Below are positions 1 through 13,260 of a stretch of 64,000 nt of DNA, one piece after another. Positions within the stretch are counted from its first letter, which is position 1; each line of letters begins with the position of its first letter. The stretch lies in the NCBI GenBank assembly GCA_965113315.1, contig OZ220364.1; one strand, given 5' to 3'. This DNA comes from Podarcis vaucheri. Its lineage: Eukaryota. The notes under the pieces were generated by a model. That model was not told where the DNA came from. It did not search any database and saw only the letters and a program-made list of their open reading frames with translations. Made by a program: the position numbers and the translations under genes.

Positions 1-190
1 TGCTCCATCCTCCATGTGACAGCCCTTCAGATATTTGAAGATGGCTCATATCTCCTCTCAGTCTCCTCTGTCCCAGGCTAAACATACCCAATTCCCTCAA
101 CCTTTCTTCATAAGGCTTGGTTTCCAGACCCCTGGTACTCTTGGTCACCCTGCTCTGTGCATGTTCCAGCTTGTCAATATTCTTCTTAGA
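1..190 (-). mobile_element. CR1 LINE 3' ORF2 fragment
   Basis: The reverse complement reads ...gagaggagatatgagccatcttcaaatatctgaagggctgtcacatggaggatggagca, typical of the end of CR1 ORF2. Confidence 0.75.
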
Positions 191-415
191 ACACCACTGA
201 CACGTGCTTCTCTGTCTCCATGTCTTCCAAGAGGATTTGTCACCTTTTGTTTTTGTACATAACCATGTTTAGCATTATTTCTACACTAGCATTTTTGCTA
301 ACCATGGACATGGCTGATCCAGTTTTTCAATCATGACTAGGACAAGGTTTTCAATTTGTGACTTGATATAAAAATGATTATCGTGGTTAATTCATAAAAT
401 TATTTTAAATGAGTA

Positions 416-564
416 AATCATAGAAATGATTATCATGGGTAAAAATGACCATGGGTAATTAAAAAAAAAGGAAAGGGGGTCAGTTTTCTTACACCAAACT
501 GACCCCCTTTCCTTTTTTTTAATTACCCAGGTCATTTTTACCCATGATAATCATTTCTATGATT
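416..564. repeat. Near-perfect inverted repeat (71/69-bp arms, 9-nt loop)
   Basis: 416..486 is the reverse complement of 496..564 apart from two 1-nt indels. Confidence 0.95.
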
Positions 565-989
565 ATGAGTACTATAGGGTACTGATGACGCAGTTCACAA
601 TTCCCAAAAATGTATTAAATGAGTGGATGTTCCCTAGCATGAATAAAGGAGGACACTCAGAAATAACCGTGCTGTTGCAGAAATCCCAAGCTAGGCAAAT
701 CACATTCTTTCCTCCAATAGTTCTTCTCCAGCTTGTAATCCAAGCCCTGCTCTGCTCATTTATCTCTCTGTGGATGGTGCAGGGAGGAAAGTCTCACTCC
801 CTCTTTCTTTTAACAATGTTACAAGGGTGACATTGTAAGCCCAGTTCAGCCCTGGACTTATTCCTAAGTAAGCACAAATATGATCTGGTTGGGTCCTTAA
901 CTACAGCATTTGCTCCACAGTTGAGGGAAACCACAAAACTCAAAACACCACCACCTGTCATTTGGACACTTTAATATACTTTTATGACA

Positions 990-1175
990 TAACATAAAAA
1001 GAACTGTGCTAGATCGGACCAAAGGCCTATCTAGTGCAGTCTATTCTTCTAGTGGCCACTGGCCAACTAGCAGCTGGACATGAGTGGATTAGCACGCTCC
1101 CACTTGTAAATCCCAGAGGCATGCTACTTCTGATACTGACTAATATTCATTGAGGGCCATATCCTCCTGAATTGT
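990..1175 (-). mobile_element. Degraded CR1 3'-end fragment
   Basis: aacataaaaagaactgtgctagatcggaccaaaggcctatctagtgcag... resembles the reverse complement of a squamate CR1 3' UTR. Confidence 0.55.
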
Positions 1176-3592
1176 GTATTTATACATTAATAAATAATAA
1201 CAATGCATTTGTTGTCTGTGAGACAACATGCAGTGCCATCTTAAAAGAAGTACTGCATCTCTCTACCTCTGTGTGCTGCTGTTGCCATGTGTGGTGTTGC
1301 ATTGGGAGCTTCTTGGTGTGGAACTGAAGCAAGCTGAAAACCTTCCATCTCTTGAATGGCTTGCTTCATCTTGCTTGACTTATGATAAGGCTGCCTCTGA
1401 GTCCTATCCGAAATGTGATTATTTTGGCTGCACTAATACGGTGATTGACTTTGTAGTGATCCCACTTTATTGACAAAGTTGAAGGTTAGGTGCCATGATG
1501 CATGTGACAATTGTTGTGTCTTCATGAGCAGGAGAGCTAAAACTCCTGTGAGGTGGTGGTAGTCTAGAATTGTGCATTTTGCTAATTAACAAGAGTTTTC
1601 TTTCTTCTGTGCTATCCCCTTTAATTCTGAAAGTTTAGAAGAGGGACATGATTAAGAGCCTTTATAGATACATGAGTAAATGCAGTGATTGGAAATTGCT
1701 TGGTTTGGGCAATATGTTTTGTGGGTACATTTTTGTACATAGGAGAAGAGCACTCAGGGTTTTAATTAAACAAAGAGGGGGGCAATTATGCTTGGACACT
1801 TGACGAGCTTAAAAACTGAGGCTGGTAATTCATCAAGTATTTTTTAAATATTAATGTTGTAAGAACAATAAAAGAAGATCATTATCAACAAGCTTCATAC
1901 TTAGGTTAATAACAAAACCTGAATCAAATAACTATTATTGTGAAACAATATGATTTCTTTTAAAGTTAATGTTCATGAACTATTGGTTTTATTACTTTTT
2001 TATTCTGCGCTCTTCTCCAACCCTGTCATTGAAGGTTGTGTGCAAGGTCTTCTTCTCCTCACAAAAAAAATCTGGAGGGAGGCTAACCATGTGGCTGGTC
2101 CAACTTCACCACTGAATGCCATGGCTGAGTTTCCCTCGTCTTAATCAATTTACCCATGAAGCAGTGACCTCTGTCACTGATGGTTGCTTGTGTTCCTCCT
2201 GTTTATATAGCTAGTAGTTATTGCCCTCTTGCTGCAGAGGCAAGCTGTACCTGCTCCTATCCTTTCTAGCAAATAATACCATTCTTGATTTAAAATAAAA
2301 ATGTGTGCCATCTACATAATGGTGTTCCTGGAATATCTAACAGGCCAAATGGAAAGAGGGCCCATTGTGGTAGAAGGCTGTAGCTAGCCTTGTTGTCATT
2401 TTCTAGTACTTCCAAAAATAAACAAATAACCTATTTTCTGTATCTTAGCATTTTATCTATAAACAAAGCATTACTAATGGCAAACAGTAGTTGTAAGGAA
2501 AAACAACCACCTTAGTTGCTGCTAGTACATAAAAGCACAAGTCCTGTGCATGTATTCAGTGGGCCTTATTGCAGTGGGAGTTAGTACTTGAAGTGGAACT
2601 TATTCCTTAATAACTTATTGCTGCAAATATGCAGAACGACAGTTTCCTTAAAATACAGGTTTCGGGGACATGCAAGGCTATTCTATGTTTGTTTGGAATG
2701 CAACATTCCAGTTTCATTACTCATGCTTTCTAGAGTCTTGTTTAATAATCTGGAAATTCATTTACCATTGGACACATTTTTTAAAAAATCAGATTTACAA
2801 GCCTTAAAAAATAATAATACTCAGAATATCCTTTAAATATTTTGTAAAACAATTTTGTTGAGTTTACGTCTGCTGCTAATGGTGATGTAATTAGAATACT
2901 GTGGATTGAACTAGTGCAATTTCACCCCCACCCCCTGTATTTGACTACTGATATAAGAATTACCTGTACTTCTGAGACAGTAGCACTTTCAAATGAAGGG
3001 AGAAGTAATCTAGTGTTGCTCACTGGAAGGACATGGCATGGGGAGGGTCTATAAATGTAAGGATCTACGTAGGGCATAATACAATTATTCTCAGAGCTAT
3101 GTAGCATCAGGCTATGCACATTAGAGCAGTGTGCCTCTTTTCTGTAATTACCTTGTGTGCTATTATGTATGTGCAGCCAAGGCAGGCAAAAAGGGAGTTT
3201 TGTATTGTTCTGAGGGAATCCTGCCTGTATGAGGCAGGATCAAGCCCTAAGTGTAGGCAAATTTAGGAGTCAGGCCTAAAAACCCCCATGAAATTTGAGA
3301 ATGATATTTTCCTCTAACAAAATATATTAAAGGCTCCTAGCTTTGATTGCTATAGTGTGACAGTATAAACTATGTAAGCTCCACTGTATTCAGTGGTGCT
3401 TACTTAACCTTAGACATCTTTATTTTGGATGGAGCAGGGGGGAGAGAAGCAATTTTGTTTTCTGCATGAATGTGTGTCTGTTCAAATGGCTCATGAATGA
3501 ATGCTAATAGGGATATTCTTGTGCCCAAATAGTTAATATATAATGCAGATATGTAGTTATTTGGGATGAAACAACTTGAGTGCTTTCTATTA

Positions 3593-3834
3593 CAGTGGTA
3601 CCTCGGGTTAAGTACTTAATTCGTTCCAGAGGTCCATTCTTAACCTGAAACTGTTCTTAACCTGAAGCACCACTTTAGCTAATGGGGCCTCCCGCTGCTG
3701 CCGCGCTGCTGGAGCACAATTTCTGTTCTCATCCTGAAGCAAAGTTTTTAACCCGAGGTACTATTTCTGGGTTAGCAAAGTCTGTAACCTGAAGCGTATG
3801 TAACCTGAGGGGTATATAACCTGAGGTACCACTG
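3593..3834. mobile_element. Tc1/mariner-type MITE (family 1)
   Basis: TIRs cagtggtacctcgggtt / aacctgaggtaccactg with TA duplication; related copies at 15324 and 57850. Confidence 0.9.
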
Positions 3835-4401
3835 TATAACTAGCAGCTCTCTATATTAATTAAGCATGCATGATATAGAGCATTTAAAAAATAGATTTTT
3901 TAAAAATCCAAAGACACTGATCATATTTCTAATCTTTTTCTTTAAACGTTACCTCAGCCCAGCCATATGCAGATTTAAGTGGGATGCACAGTGCAATCCT
4001 AAACAATGTCTATGAAGAAGCAGGTCCTATTGAGCTCAGTGGGTCTTAGTACGAGATAAGCATGCAGAGGATCACCGTCGTAAGTCTATGGAAATAAATG
4101 CCTTTAAACCCATCTTAATGCTGCTGAAGATCAGACTGTATTGATATAAACTCCTTAAGCCACGAAGCAGACATCTCTCTGGTTTACTGAGTTCTTTTAA
4201 GATCTTAAGTTTTAAAGCATTTAAATGTTGATACACCCTAGAATAGGGTGGTGGCAGAGACACACAGTAAGGGTGGGTGCAAATGGTTAAATGAAAGCAG
4301 TTTCAGTGATGAATTAACGGTAGTTCTTAGTCTTCCAGCAAACATCTGGGGATAATTTTTGCATGTAGCCATGACACAGTTCCTTATTGTACATATATGT
4401 A

Positions 4402-4651
4402 CATTTGTACCTTGGAAGTCAAACGGAATTCATTCCGGAAGTCCGTTCAACTTCCAAAATGTTCAGAAACCAAAGTGCAGCTTCTGATTGGATGCAGGAA
4501 GTTACTGCAGCCAATTGGAAGCCACGGAAGCCCCGTCAGATTTTTGGCTTCCAAAAATAGTTTGCATACTGGAACAGTCACTTCCGGGTTTGCGGCGTTC
4601 AGAAGCCAAAACTTTCGAGAACTAAGCTGTTTGAAAACCAAGGTACGACGG
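4402..4651. mobile_element. Tc1/mariner-type MITE with degenerate TIRs and a different internal sequence
   Basis: ta|catttgtaccttgg ... ccaaggtacgacgg|ta. Confidence 0.65.
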
Positions 4652-4792
4652 TACTAGTTTTTGTAACAGCACTTTATTTATTCAGTTGCCGGCTGTGGTA
4701 GGTATGATAAACTTCCATCAACACACAAGAGCATTTGCTATTCTCTCTTATCAGTGTCTTATGTGACTTTATTAATACTGTATTACATTTAT

Positions 4793-5145
4793 GGGACACG
4801 GGTGGCGCTGTGGGTTAAACCACAGAGCCTAGGACTTGCTGATCAGAAGGTCAGTGGTTCGAATCCCCGCAACGGGGTGAGCTCCCATTTCTCGGTCCCT
4901 GCTCCTGCCAACCTAGAGGTTTGAAAGCACATCAAAGTGCAAGTAGATAAATAGGTACCGCTCCGGCGGGAAGGTAAACGGTGTTTCCGTGCGCTGCTCT
5001 GGTTTGCCAGAAGCGGCTTAGTCATGCTGGCCACATGACCCGGAAGCTGTATGCCGGCTCCCTCGGCCAATAAAGCGAGATGAGCGCCGCAACCTCAGAG
5101 TCGGCCACGACTGGACCTAATGGTCAGGGGTCCCTTTACCTTTAC
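4793..5145 (+). mobile_element. Sauria SINE, full length
   Basis: tRNA-like head with A/B boxes (ggtggcgctgtggg, ggttcgaatccc); (acctttt)-type tail; 12-bp TSD tattacatttat at 4781-4792 and 5146-5157. Confidence 0.92.
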
Positions 5146-5149
5146 TATT

Positions 5150-5348
5150 ACATTTATATCCCACCTTTCCTCTAAGGAGCTCAATTCCCCCTCTCCCCCT
5201 TTTATCCACACAACAGCCCTGTGAGGTAGTTTAGGTTGAGAGGCAGTGACAGGCCCAAGGTCACCAGGTGTGCTGGATCACCAAGTGGGGTTTTGAACCC
5301 CAGTCTCCCAAGTCCTAGTCTAGCCCTCTAAGCATTACACCACACTGG
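5150..5348 (-). mobile_element. Older MIR/CORE-like tRNA-derived SINE
   Basis: caacagccctgtgaggtag...cccaaggtcacc...tttgaacccc...cattacaccacactgg is the reverse complement of a CORE-SINE. Confidence 0.65.
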
Positions 5349-8300
5349 GAAATTCACTATTGGCCTTAGAGCTGTTATTGCTTATACCCAGCATACCGGA
5401 ACAAGTTTCTGTAGTGCAGTGCTGAGGAACCTCCAGACTGGGGGCCTAATTAGGTCCTCCAAGCCTCTTCATTTGGCCTGTTAAGCCATTTGGACCAAGC
5501 CACACCCATTTGTCGTACACCTGCTATCACATAGTATCACATGCGACGTCAGGCGTGTGTTGGGTAAACTAGTGGCTGGACCAATAAGGGGTTAGCAGGC
5601 ACCGCTGATCTCCTGATTGTTGACAGCTCCAAAATTCTATGTGCTGCTCTTTGCAAGTGAGCTTTTACAGAGCTGTGTGCAGTGCTTTGATGCCCCAACA
5701 ACCAGCTGATTTCCAGTGCCCAATTGTTGAGGTTTGAGCCCACAGTGTTTACCACACAGGTAGAAGTTGGTCATCTGACATCAGATGATTGACAGTTCCC
5801 TTTTGATAGTTAGAGGTGGCAAGTGGCATTTTGTGAGCCACCTTTGCTCCCTTCAAGGGAACTTCTTGGCCCCTAAGCAGCCAACCCACATTCCCCCTTT
5901 TCTTCTTATTTTTTTGCATCTTTGAAACTGCCGTTTCAGGCAATGGTAATTAAGAATGGGAAGGAGATAACTGATGCAGATGCTCCCCCCCTCCCTCAGC
6001 ACTCCCCTCTTCCTCTTTTCTCTCCACACTGCTTGTGAGAGGGCGGGAGTGCAGATGAATAAGTAAGAAAGGATGGGTATGTTTTCATGTTTTCTCCCTC
6101 TTATCATTTATGCAACAGCTGCTTTCCAAAATGCTCCTTCCTGGAATGTGAAGAAAGATGAGAGGGAATTCTGGGCAAGCAGAGCCATTGTTAAGCAATG
6201 GCTTCATGCTGCTAATAAGAAACATTAGGAAACTGTGTCACTCAGGGCTACAGTTCTCTACCAGAAGAAATGCAAGGGGGAAAGGAATGAGAGCTGGGAG
6301 TGGGGGTGCGTCTTGAGAAATGGGCAGTGGAGAGATGGGGAAGGCATTGCTTGCGAGAAGCCTATTATGGAATTAAATAGGTTTGTTCCACCACCTCCCA
6401 GCATCTTCTCAATGGAGTCTGCCACAGTTGTTAGAAAGTAAATTCTATTTTATGTGCAGGGCTGGGTCCAAGATATTTTGGTGCCAGGGGCAAAGGACAA
6501 AATTACACTTCTCTCCCATTCCATATACTAAAGGAAAACCAGACCTGAGAGCAGCAGACCAGCTGCACAGGGTGGATAGCATTATGCACACAGTTCTGTC
6601 TTCTACCATGAGACATTATTTGGGCAGTACTTCAGCATCTGAAATTTTTTGGGGGGTCAGTTTAGTTGTCAGCAATCATGCTTAAATACATATAAAATGT
6701 GACCCTCTTACTGGAAGATTAAGATAGTTTCTGGGGTCTCCAGGTGGCCATTGTGGTGGAATGTGATAATTGTATGTAGGCTGAATCCCTGTTGCTGACT
6801 TAATAAAGCTGGCGACTCAAAAAGATAGGCCTGAACATAATGCATGACAGGACTCATCACAGCTGGAAGCTGCAAATATGCTTCCTGGTTGTTCCAAACA
6901 TCACTGAGGTGTGGGCAAATTAATAAGCACAGGTCTGGGTGGCACATGCTAGGCACATAGCTTTGCGTTTTTCCTTATTTCAGGTCCTAGTTTGAGTTTC
7001 CTGTCTTCCATTAATTTCTTCCCATGAAGATGAAAATGTATTTGTGATTCAATGTTGCCTCAAAGTGGCAGAAATCCATATATTCCTTGGACACACCAGT
7101 TCTGATGTTTATTATTTTCACTTATTTAACAGAGCTATAGCATGCAGAACAGCTCTGACTGAAACATAACGTACATGTGGGTTGTGTTCAGTGTTCTCTA
7201 TGAAATGTCTTCTCAGTTTCAAGAGTGCCTTGTGAAACCCATGTGTTCTTACCTTTAACAATATTATATTGACCCTGATGCTGTAGAGGAGCTTGAACCC
7301 TAAAACAAAATGCCACTACATAATGTCTAGGACAAGGCATGCTGTGCCGAGATCACAATTTCAAACTAAGGCTTCTTTTTAAAAAATGGAAGTACTTTTC
7401 ACTTTGGTGCTGTTTGTTTCTTTTAATCCTTGACACCAGTAGAGTACTACTGGAAGGAATATCTATGGTTCTTTTATGTTAAATTTCACCACAAATAATT
7501 GGTACGTATTTGTGAGGTTAAGCACGATAATAGCTGCTAACATCCTGGTTCATTACTTAGAAATGAAACCCTACTAGTCATTTCTAGTAGAGTTTGTTGA
7601 GGACCAGAGCCTAAACCACATGATCAACAAATAATTAGAAGTTGCCAAGAACTAATGCCTGCTTTATTCATGTCTGGAAGATAAGAGCATTTTCCTTTTG
7701 GCCTGAGAGATGCATGCTCAAATCCCAGCCCAGTCAGTGTTCAAAATCATTGTGCAAGCTGAAGGCAGTCATTTCATTGAAAGCCACTGAAATAATAACT
7801 GACTGCCACATCTTTTCATGGTTACATGTTTAGAGGAGATGAAGCCTAATGCACTTGATAATTATAGGAAAAGCTTCATTTTAAGGCTCAGCTGGATATT
7901 GTACAGAGCTGTAATGCAACTGCCAAAATAAAAGTGACTATCTGAGAAACACTCTGATGATCAGTAGAATGATTCTTTTCTACAAATATAAACTGAATTT
8001 AATAGGCTGTTCATATGGGTATTAAAGTTTATTCCATAATGTTCCTGGCAACCTCTGAATTTGGTGTTGGAGAAGTATGTACAAGCTTATTAGTTCTAGG
8101 GCAGAGTGCAATAAACAAAGAAAAAGAAAAGTTGAAAGGTGTTACCAGCCATTGATTGACATGCTAGGGCGTCATACTCAATTACTTCTAAGCTGTCCTC
8201 AGACAGAAGAAATTGTGTATCCATCTGTTCCTCAAATTTGAAACAGAGTTTACAGTCAAGTGCACCAGCAGGCAATTCTTAGTTCAGGACTCTGAACTAA

Positions 8301-8575
8301 AATGATATCCATGACTAGACAGGTAGCCACTCAATGGTACCAGCCAAATGATGCCCTGGTTTTTTTCTTTGAACTAGGAATCAATATAGGTTTTTAAGAA
8401 ACAAACACTTAATGTGGGCAGAATTTCTGTCCCATCAACAATTTCCTTGTAAAACTGCCAAAAGATTTCTTGGCTTTCTCACAGTGTTGTTATCAGTCCC
8501 TGGATTAGATGTGGAGCAGTGAGAGACGTACATCTTTAGGAAGCCTCTGGAACTATGAAAGAATGTAATCCTGAG

Positions 8576-8577
<2 letters not shown>

Positions 8578-8641
<64 letters not shown>
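8578..8641. repeat. Compound (TG)n(AG)n microsatellite
   Basis: Seen directly in the sequence. Confidence 0.95.
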
Positions 8642-8644
<3 letters not shown>

Positions 8645-9457
8645 GGCATCATACTTTCCCCCTGCCCCAGAATGTATGGGGGAAATGGATTTTAACTTCT
8701 GTGTATTTTATCCATTGAGGATAAAGGAGGTTTGAGGTGAGAGGTTGGATTGTGGGATAATTGGACTGGCTGGGGGTTGATTCATAGCAAGCCACTGATT
8801 CAAATGGAAATGCTGCTCACAATCAGCAGTGCAGGAAAATGGCCTGGATACTATTCCTCTCTAGTAAAGGAAGTATGATGAGTTGCCAGCTAATGCATAG
8901 ATTAAAAAAAGAAATGATGGAAAGAAACTAAATTCTAGAAATGCTGCAGACAAGGAAGATCCATTCTAGACTTGGACACCTATGAGATTCTGGCGATTCT
9001 ATGCAAGTAGAGCATGAGAGTTGCACCCATAGCCCTGCAAATGAGAGAGAGAACTCAGGTCTGGGATTTTTAATTGGCAACAAATTTATTAGAAAAACTC
9101 TGAAGGATCTGCAAATAGGTATTGCTGCTGCGTGAAGTGGTTCAAAACAGTGTGGGCTCCTGTAAGTCAGAGACTCATAATACATAACCCTTGGTTTTTT
9201 GGACAAGCTTTAAAATGATTTACTTAGTTTATAGGTCTCAGATATGCATTTTCACTATGCAGCAGCAATAAATTAATGCAGGCAAAAATAATCTTAGTTG
9301 AAATCAGCAAGATGGCACTCCATTATTTGCAGTGTGAAGAGTGGGTTGGATGACAGGAAACAGGCCTTATTTACTTCCTTTCAGGAGAAGAGAGAGTGTG
9401 AACTAAATTAGCCGACTGTAGCAATTAGAACTCTGTGGTCCTTAACTCCTTCATATA

Positions 9458-9823
9458 AAGGTAAAGGTAAAGGTACCCCTGCCCGAACGGGCCAGTCTTG
9501 ACAAGACTCTGGGGTTTGTGCGCCCATCTCACATCTATAGGCCGGGGGCCAGCGCTGTCCGGAGACACTTCCGGGTCACGTGGCCAGCGTGACAAAGTTG
9601 CATCTGGCGAGCCAGCGCAGCACACGGAATGCCGTTTACCTTCCCGCTGGTAAGCGGTCCCTATTTATCTACTTGCACCGGGGGTGCTTTCGAACTGCTA
9701 GGTTGGCAGGCGCTGGGACCGAACGACGGGAGCGCACCCCGCCGCGGGGATTCGAACCGCCGACCTTTCGATCGGCAAGCCCTAGGCGCTGAGGCTTTTA
9801 CCCACAGCGCCACCCGCGCCCCA
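9458..9823 (-). mobile_element. Sauria SINE, full length, CpG-rich (young)
   Basis: (aaaggt)3 tail at the left, tRNA-like head at the right; 15-bp TSD taactccttcatata at 9443-9457 and 9824-9838. Confidence 0.93.
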
Positions 9824-11069
9824 TAACTCCTTCATATACTAACTAGGAAATATGGATTGTTAGGTTTGACTGCAAATCTCCCACACCTGGGACCTTCTGC
9901 ATGCAAAACAGATGTGTTACTTTCATCTCCTAGAAGGTGCCTCAAGATGTTCACCATTTTTTCCCTTCACACCAATTCACCTAACCCAGCACTGTATCTG
10001 CCAAAATGGGGGAAAGGTGGGAGCCTGGACAATTGCCACACTTCTCAAGCCCAGTGTGACTCAGGCAGAAAACCTGTAAAATCCAGAAGTAATCAGGAAC
10101 TCCAGGAGAGGAAAAAATCCTCTGTGGCTGCAACCAAAATTGGAAACCAGAAAATAATAAAAAAATCCCTCACTGGGTCAAGGGTAGGTGGGTGGGTACT
10201 GGTCAAGACCCCACCGCAGAGGCTGCACTGGATAAAACCAGTCCCAACCCACGTCCTTCCCATCAAAACAAAACCAGTCATTTTGCAGTTAGTTCCAAGG
10301 TCATCTCTGGATGGTTGGCCGGGTGCAAACCATGTTCCCCTCCCCCCTGCAATTCTGAGGGAGGAGAAATAGTGTGATTTGATCTGCATGGAATGCATGT
10401 CACAGCAAACATGGTTATGGCAGCTAGCAAACAAAGTGTTTGTACTCTAAAGTGAGAGTGTGCAATAAAGGGACAGTGTGAATTTCTGATCACGGGGATG
10501 ATATGAATGAGTGTTTACATCCATCTGAACTCTCATGTCAATGCTGCAGTCTTGCTGGGAAGCAGCTACAGTCTTTAAACCACCCAGCTATGTGAGTGGG
10601 AGGAGATCGCTGATTACCATCAATTAGAAACTCAACATAGAGAATAGAAACTAGAAAGCTAGCATTAAAACTACATCCTCAGGCATGCTGCTAAATACGA
10701 TGCGTTCTTTTAGTAGCAGGCACTTATAGATATATTTATCTTTTCGCTTTTTGGGGAGGGCATGTAGGGAAGGAGCTAGAAAATATCTGAAGATATGTGC
10801 TTGGGGGGGATATCTTATTACTGAGTACAAACTACATGTGCTTGTCTTTTGTGTTCTGTAAATATAAGCCAAGGGAAAGCCTGAGCAGCCTTGCCACTGT
10901 GGAGGATGGGGAAGAGAAATGTGACTCTTCCACTCCCTGACACAACTCTGACCATCTCAACATGTCTGGTAGTGCTGGGGAGCAAGAGTCTGTTGTCATT
11001 GTGCATGTCATCACCAATAACATGGGGAAAATGTAACCATGCAGTTCCTGAAGCAAAGGTTTCGATAAG

Positions 11070-11775
11070 AGATTAAAATTCCATGTTAGGTATTGTTCAG
11101 GAAGAGATCAGAAATGAAGCTGCTAATATTATAATGCCTACAACGTGGCCACACTTGGCATGCTGTCTAAAGCTTTTGTCATTTTTGTCAAAACGGATAC
11201 CGTGGAGCTGAAAAGGGCACAGAAAAAGGAAACTTAAAATGATCAGGAGCAACTCCCTATAATGAAAGGTTACAATGTTTGTGGTTTTTCAGATTAGAAA
11301 CACACACACACACACACACACACACTTAAGTGGGGAGATGATAGAGATGCATAAAATTACACACAATGTGGACAGAGTGAGTAGGGTTACTAGAACCCAG
11401 AGTAATTCAGGGGAAATGGGAGATTCACAACAAACATGTGAGAAAAGGTACTCCTTCATGCTCTATGTAGTTGCACTGGTGAAGCCAGTGCCACAAGATG
11501 GGATAATGGCCACCAACTTAGCTTTAAAGTAAAATTAGACGAATTCATGGAAGATAAGGCTGTCCATGACTACTAATCATGAGAATTATATGCAATCTCC
11601 AGGATTAGTGGTGACATTCCTCAGAATACCAGTCTCCGAAGGGGAAAAAAGTAGTAGATTGTTGTTGCATTCATGTCCTGCTCTTGGCCTTCCCAATGAC
11701 ATCTAGTTGGGAATTTTGATGCTGGACTTGGATGGGTCTTTATTCTAATACAGGAGGGATCACTTGTGCTTTTAT
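11070..11775 (+). mobile_element. Degraded CR1 LINE 3' portion with an internal (CA)n
   Basis: Remnants of the CR1 ORF2 end and 3' UTR (ggggagatgatagagatgcataaaatt...ttagacgaattcatggaagataaggc...gatgctggact). Confidence 0.65.
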
Positions 11776-13142
11776 CTTCCTACGTGACTTCTAAGAGAAA
11801 CTCCCATTGGACACTTTCATTGAAATCAAAATGGCAACTTCAAATATTAGTCCGTCCGTCCCCGTACCTGGCAGAGTGATACTTAAACTCCCCCCTCTAT
11901 AGACCCCACTGTTCCAGGGCTGCTGAGACTTCCCTTGGCCTTCTAGCACACATCCTGATTGCATTCAGACAAATAATATATCTGATTTAGCCCTGAAAGC
12001 TTATTTGATTCTGGTTTCTCATACATATTCCAGAATTGTTTTGTCAAATAATTAATTCTTGAATTTCCGCTTTAAAAAGAAATAAAAATCAGTTTACAGT
12101 ATATCAATGGATTACTCTGTAGTCATTATGACAAGTTCACAAATCTTAAATAGTTTGCTTACATCCAAGTATCTTACCTTATTTTTCTTTTTTCTGATTG
12201 ATTATAAATCCTCTGAACAGGAACTGTAATCATTTCTTTGTTCTGGGCAACATCTAGAACAGTCAGTGCTTGTTCAAAAGAAATCTTGCCTATGAGAGGA
12301 AGCTAAAATAGAGGTTCAGGTTGAGAGTAATAGATTTAATCCTTGAATTAAGGCGCTTTATACTCTTTGGTTTGCTTTCACAGTTTTTTGGTGTACAGCT
12401 GGGAGAAAAATGATCTAGCTTGATCCCCAAAATTGATAAAGAATTGGTTTATTTCTACATTCACCCCCTCCCCCACCCATGCACTAAATTACGTGTATAT
12501 GGTCCAGATGCTCATTATTCACACTTACGTTTTCTTTCTGTTGAGTGTAATCCCCTGGAGACTAGTAACTTTTCCACTGTAGATTTTGTATTTTATTAAA
12601 AAGTCATGTTATAATGGAAATAGACTGTTTATGGATTGTTCAAAACAATTTATCTGAAAAGAGCTACATCCAACTCTTTGGTCTGTGAAATTTCCATTTG
12701 GTCTTTGAGAGCGGAGAGGAGGATGTTGGAAAGCAAAATATAAATGGAAATTGCTCCATTAGCTGTTTGGGACTCCTTAACATATTGGTGCAGCAGAATC
12801 CCTGTAGTTAATCCATTATTTCAATTATGTTAAGCATTGAAGTTAGACTTATGAAGGAAGTTGGCATTCAGACGGAAAGTACTGCAGAGCATAACTGTAA
12901 ATGGTAGAAGGCTAAAGGCTGCCTATGCAAAAGCATAAAGCAAAACTACTAACACTTTCTACAAGCATTCATTATTCTTAACATAAAGAAGCTTTAAGTT
13001 GTTTTACACATCTTGGGAGTTGAAGTGCTTTAATGAGAGGAAAGAGGGATTCATAAATAAATGAAGTACATTCTTTTAAATGACCACTTGAGACATGTAG
13101 GGATGGAGAATATTTTTTCTCATCAAATAAGCTGTTCTTTTC

Positions 13143-13145
13143 TAT

Positions 13146-13180
<35 letters not shown>

Positions 13181-13260
13181 TTGTATTTTTATATTTTGCT
13201 GGAAGCCTCCCAGAGTGTCTGGGGCAGACCAGTCAGATGGGTGGCATATAAATAATAAAA
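13143..13260. repeat. (TTTA)n tract followed by a short L2 3'-end remnant
   Basis: Seen directly; gaagcctcccagagtgtctggggcagaccagtcagatgggtggcatataaataataaa resembles a squamate L2 terminus. Confidence 0.6.

Noticed and set aside
9857-10372. 171-aa ORF
   Set aside because: Non-ATG start, no recognisable domain or splice context, and it overlaps degraded repeats.
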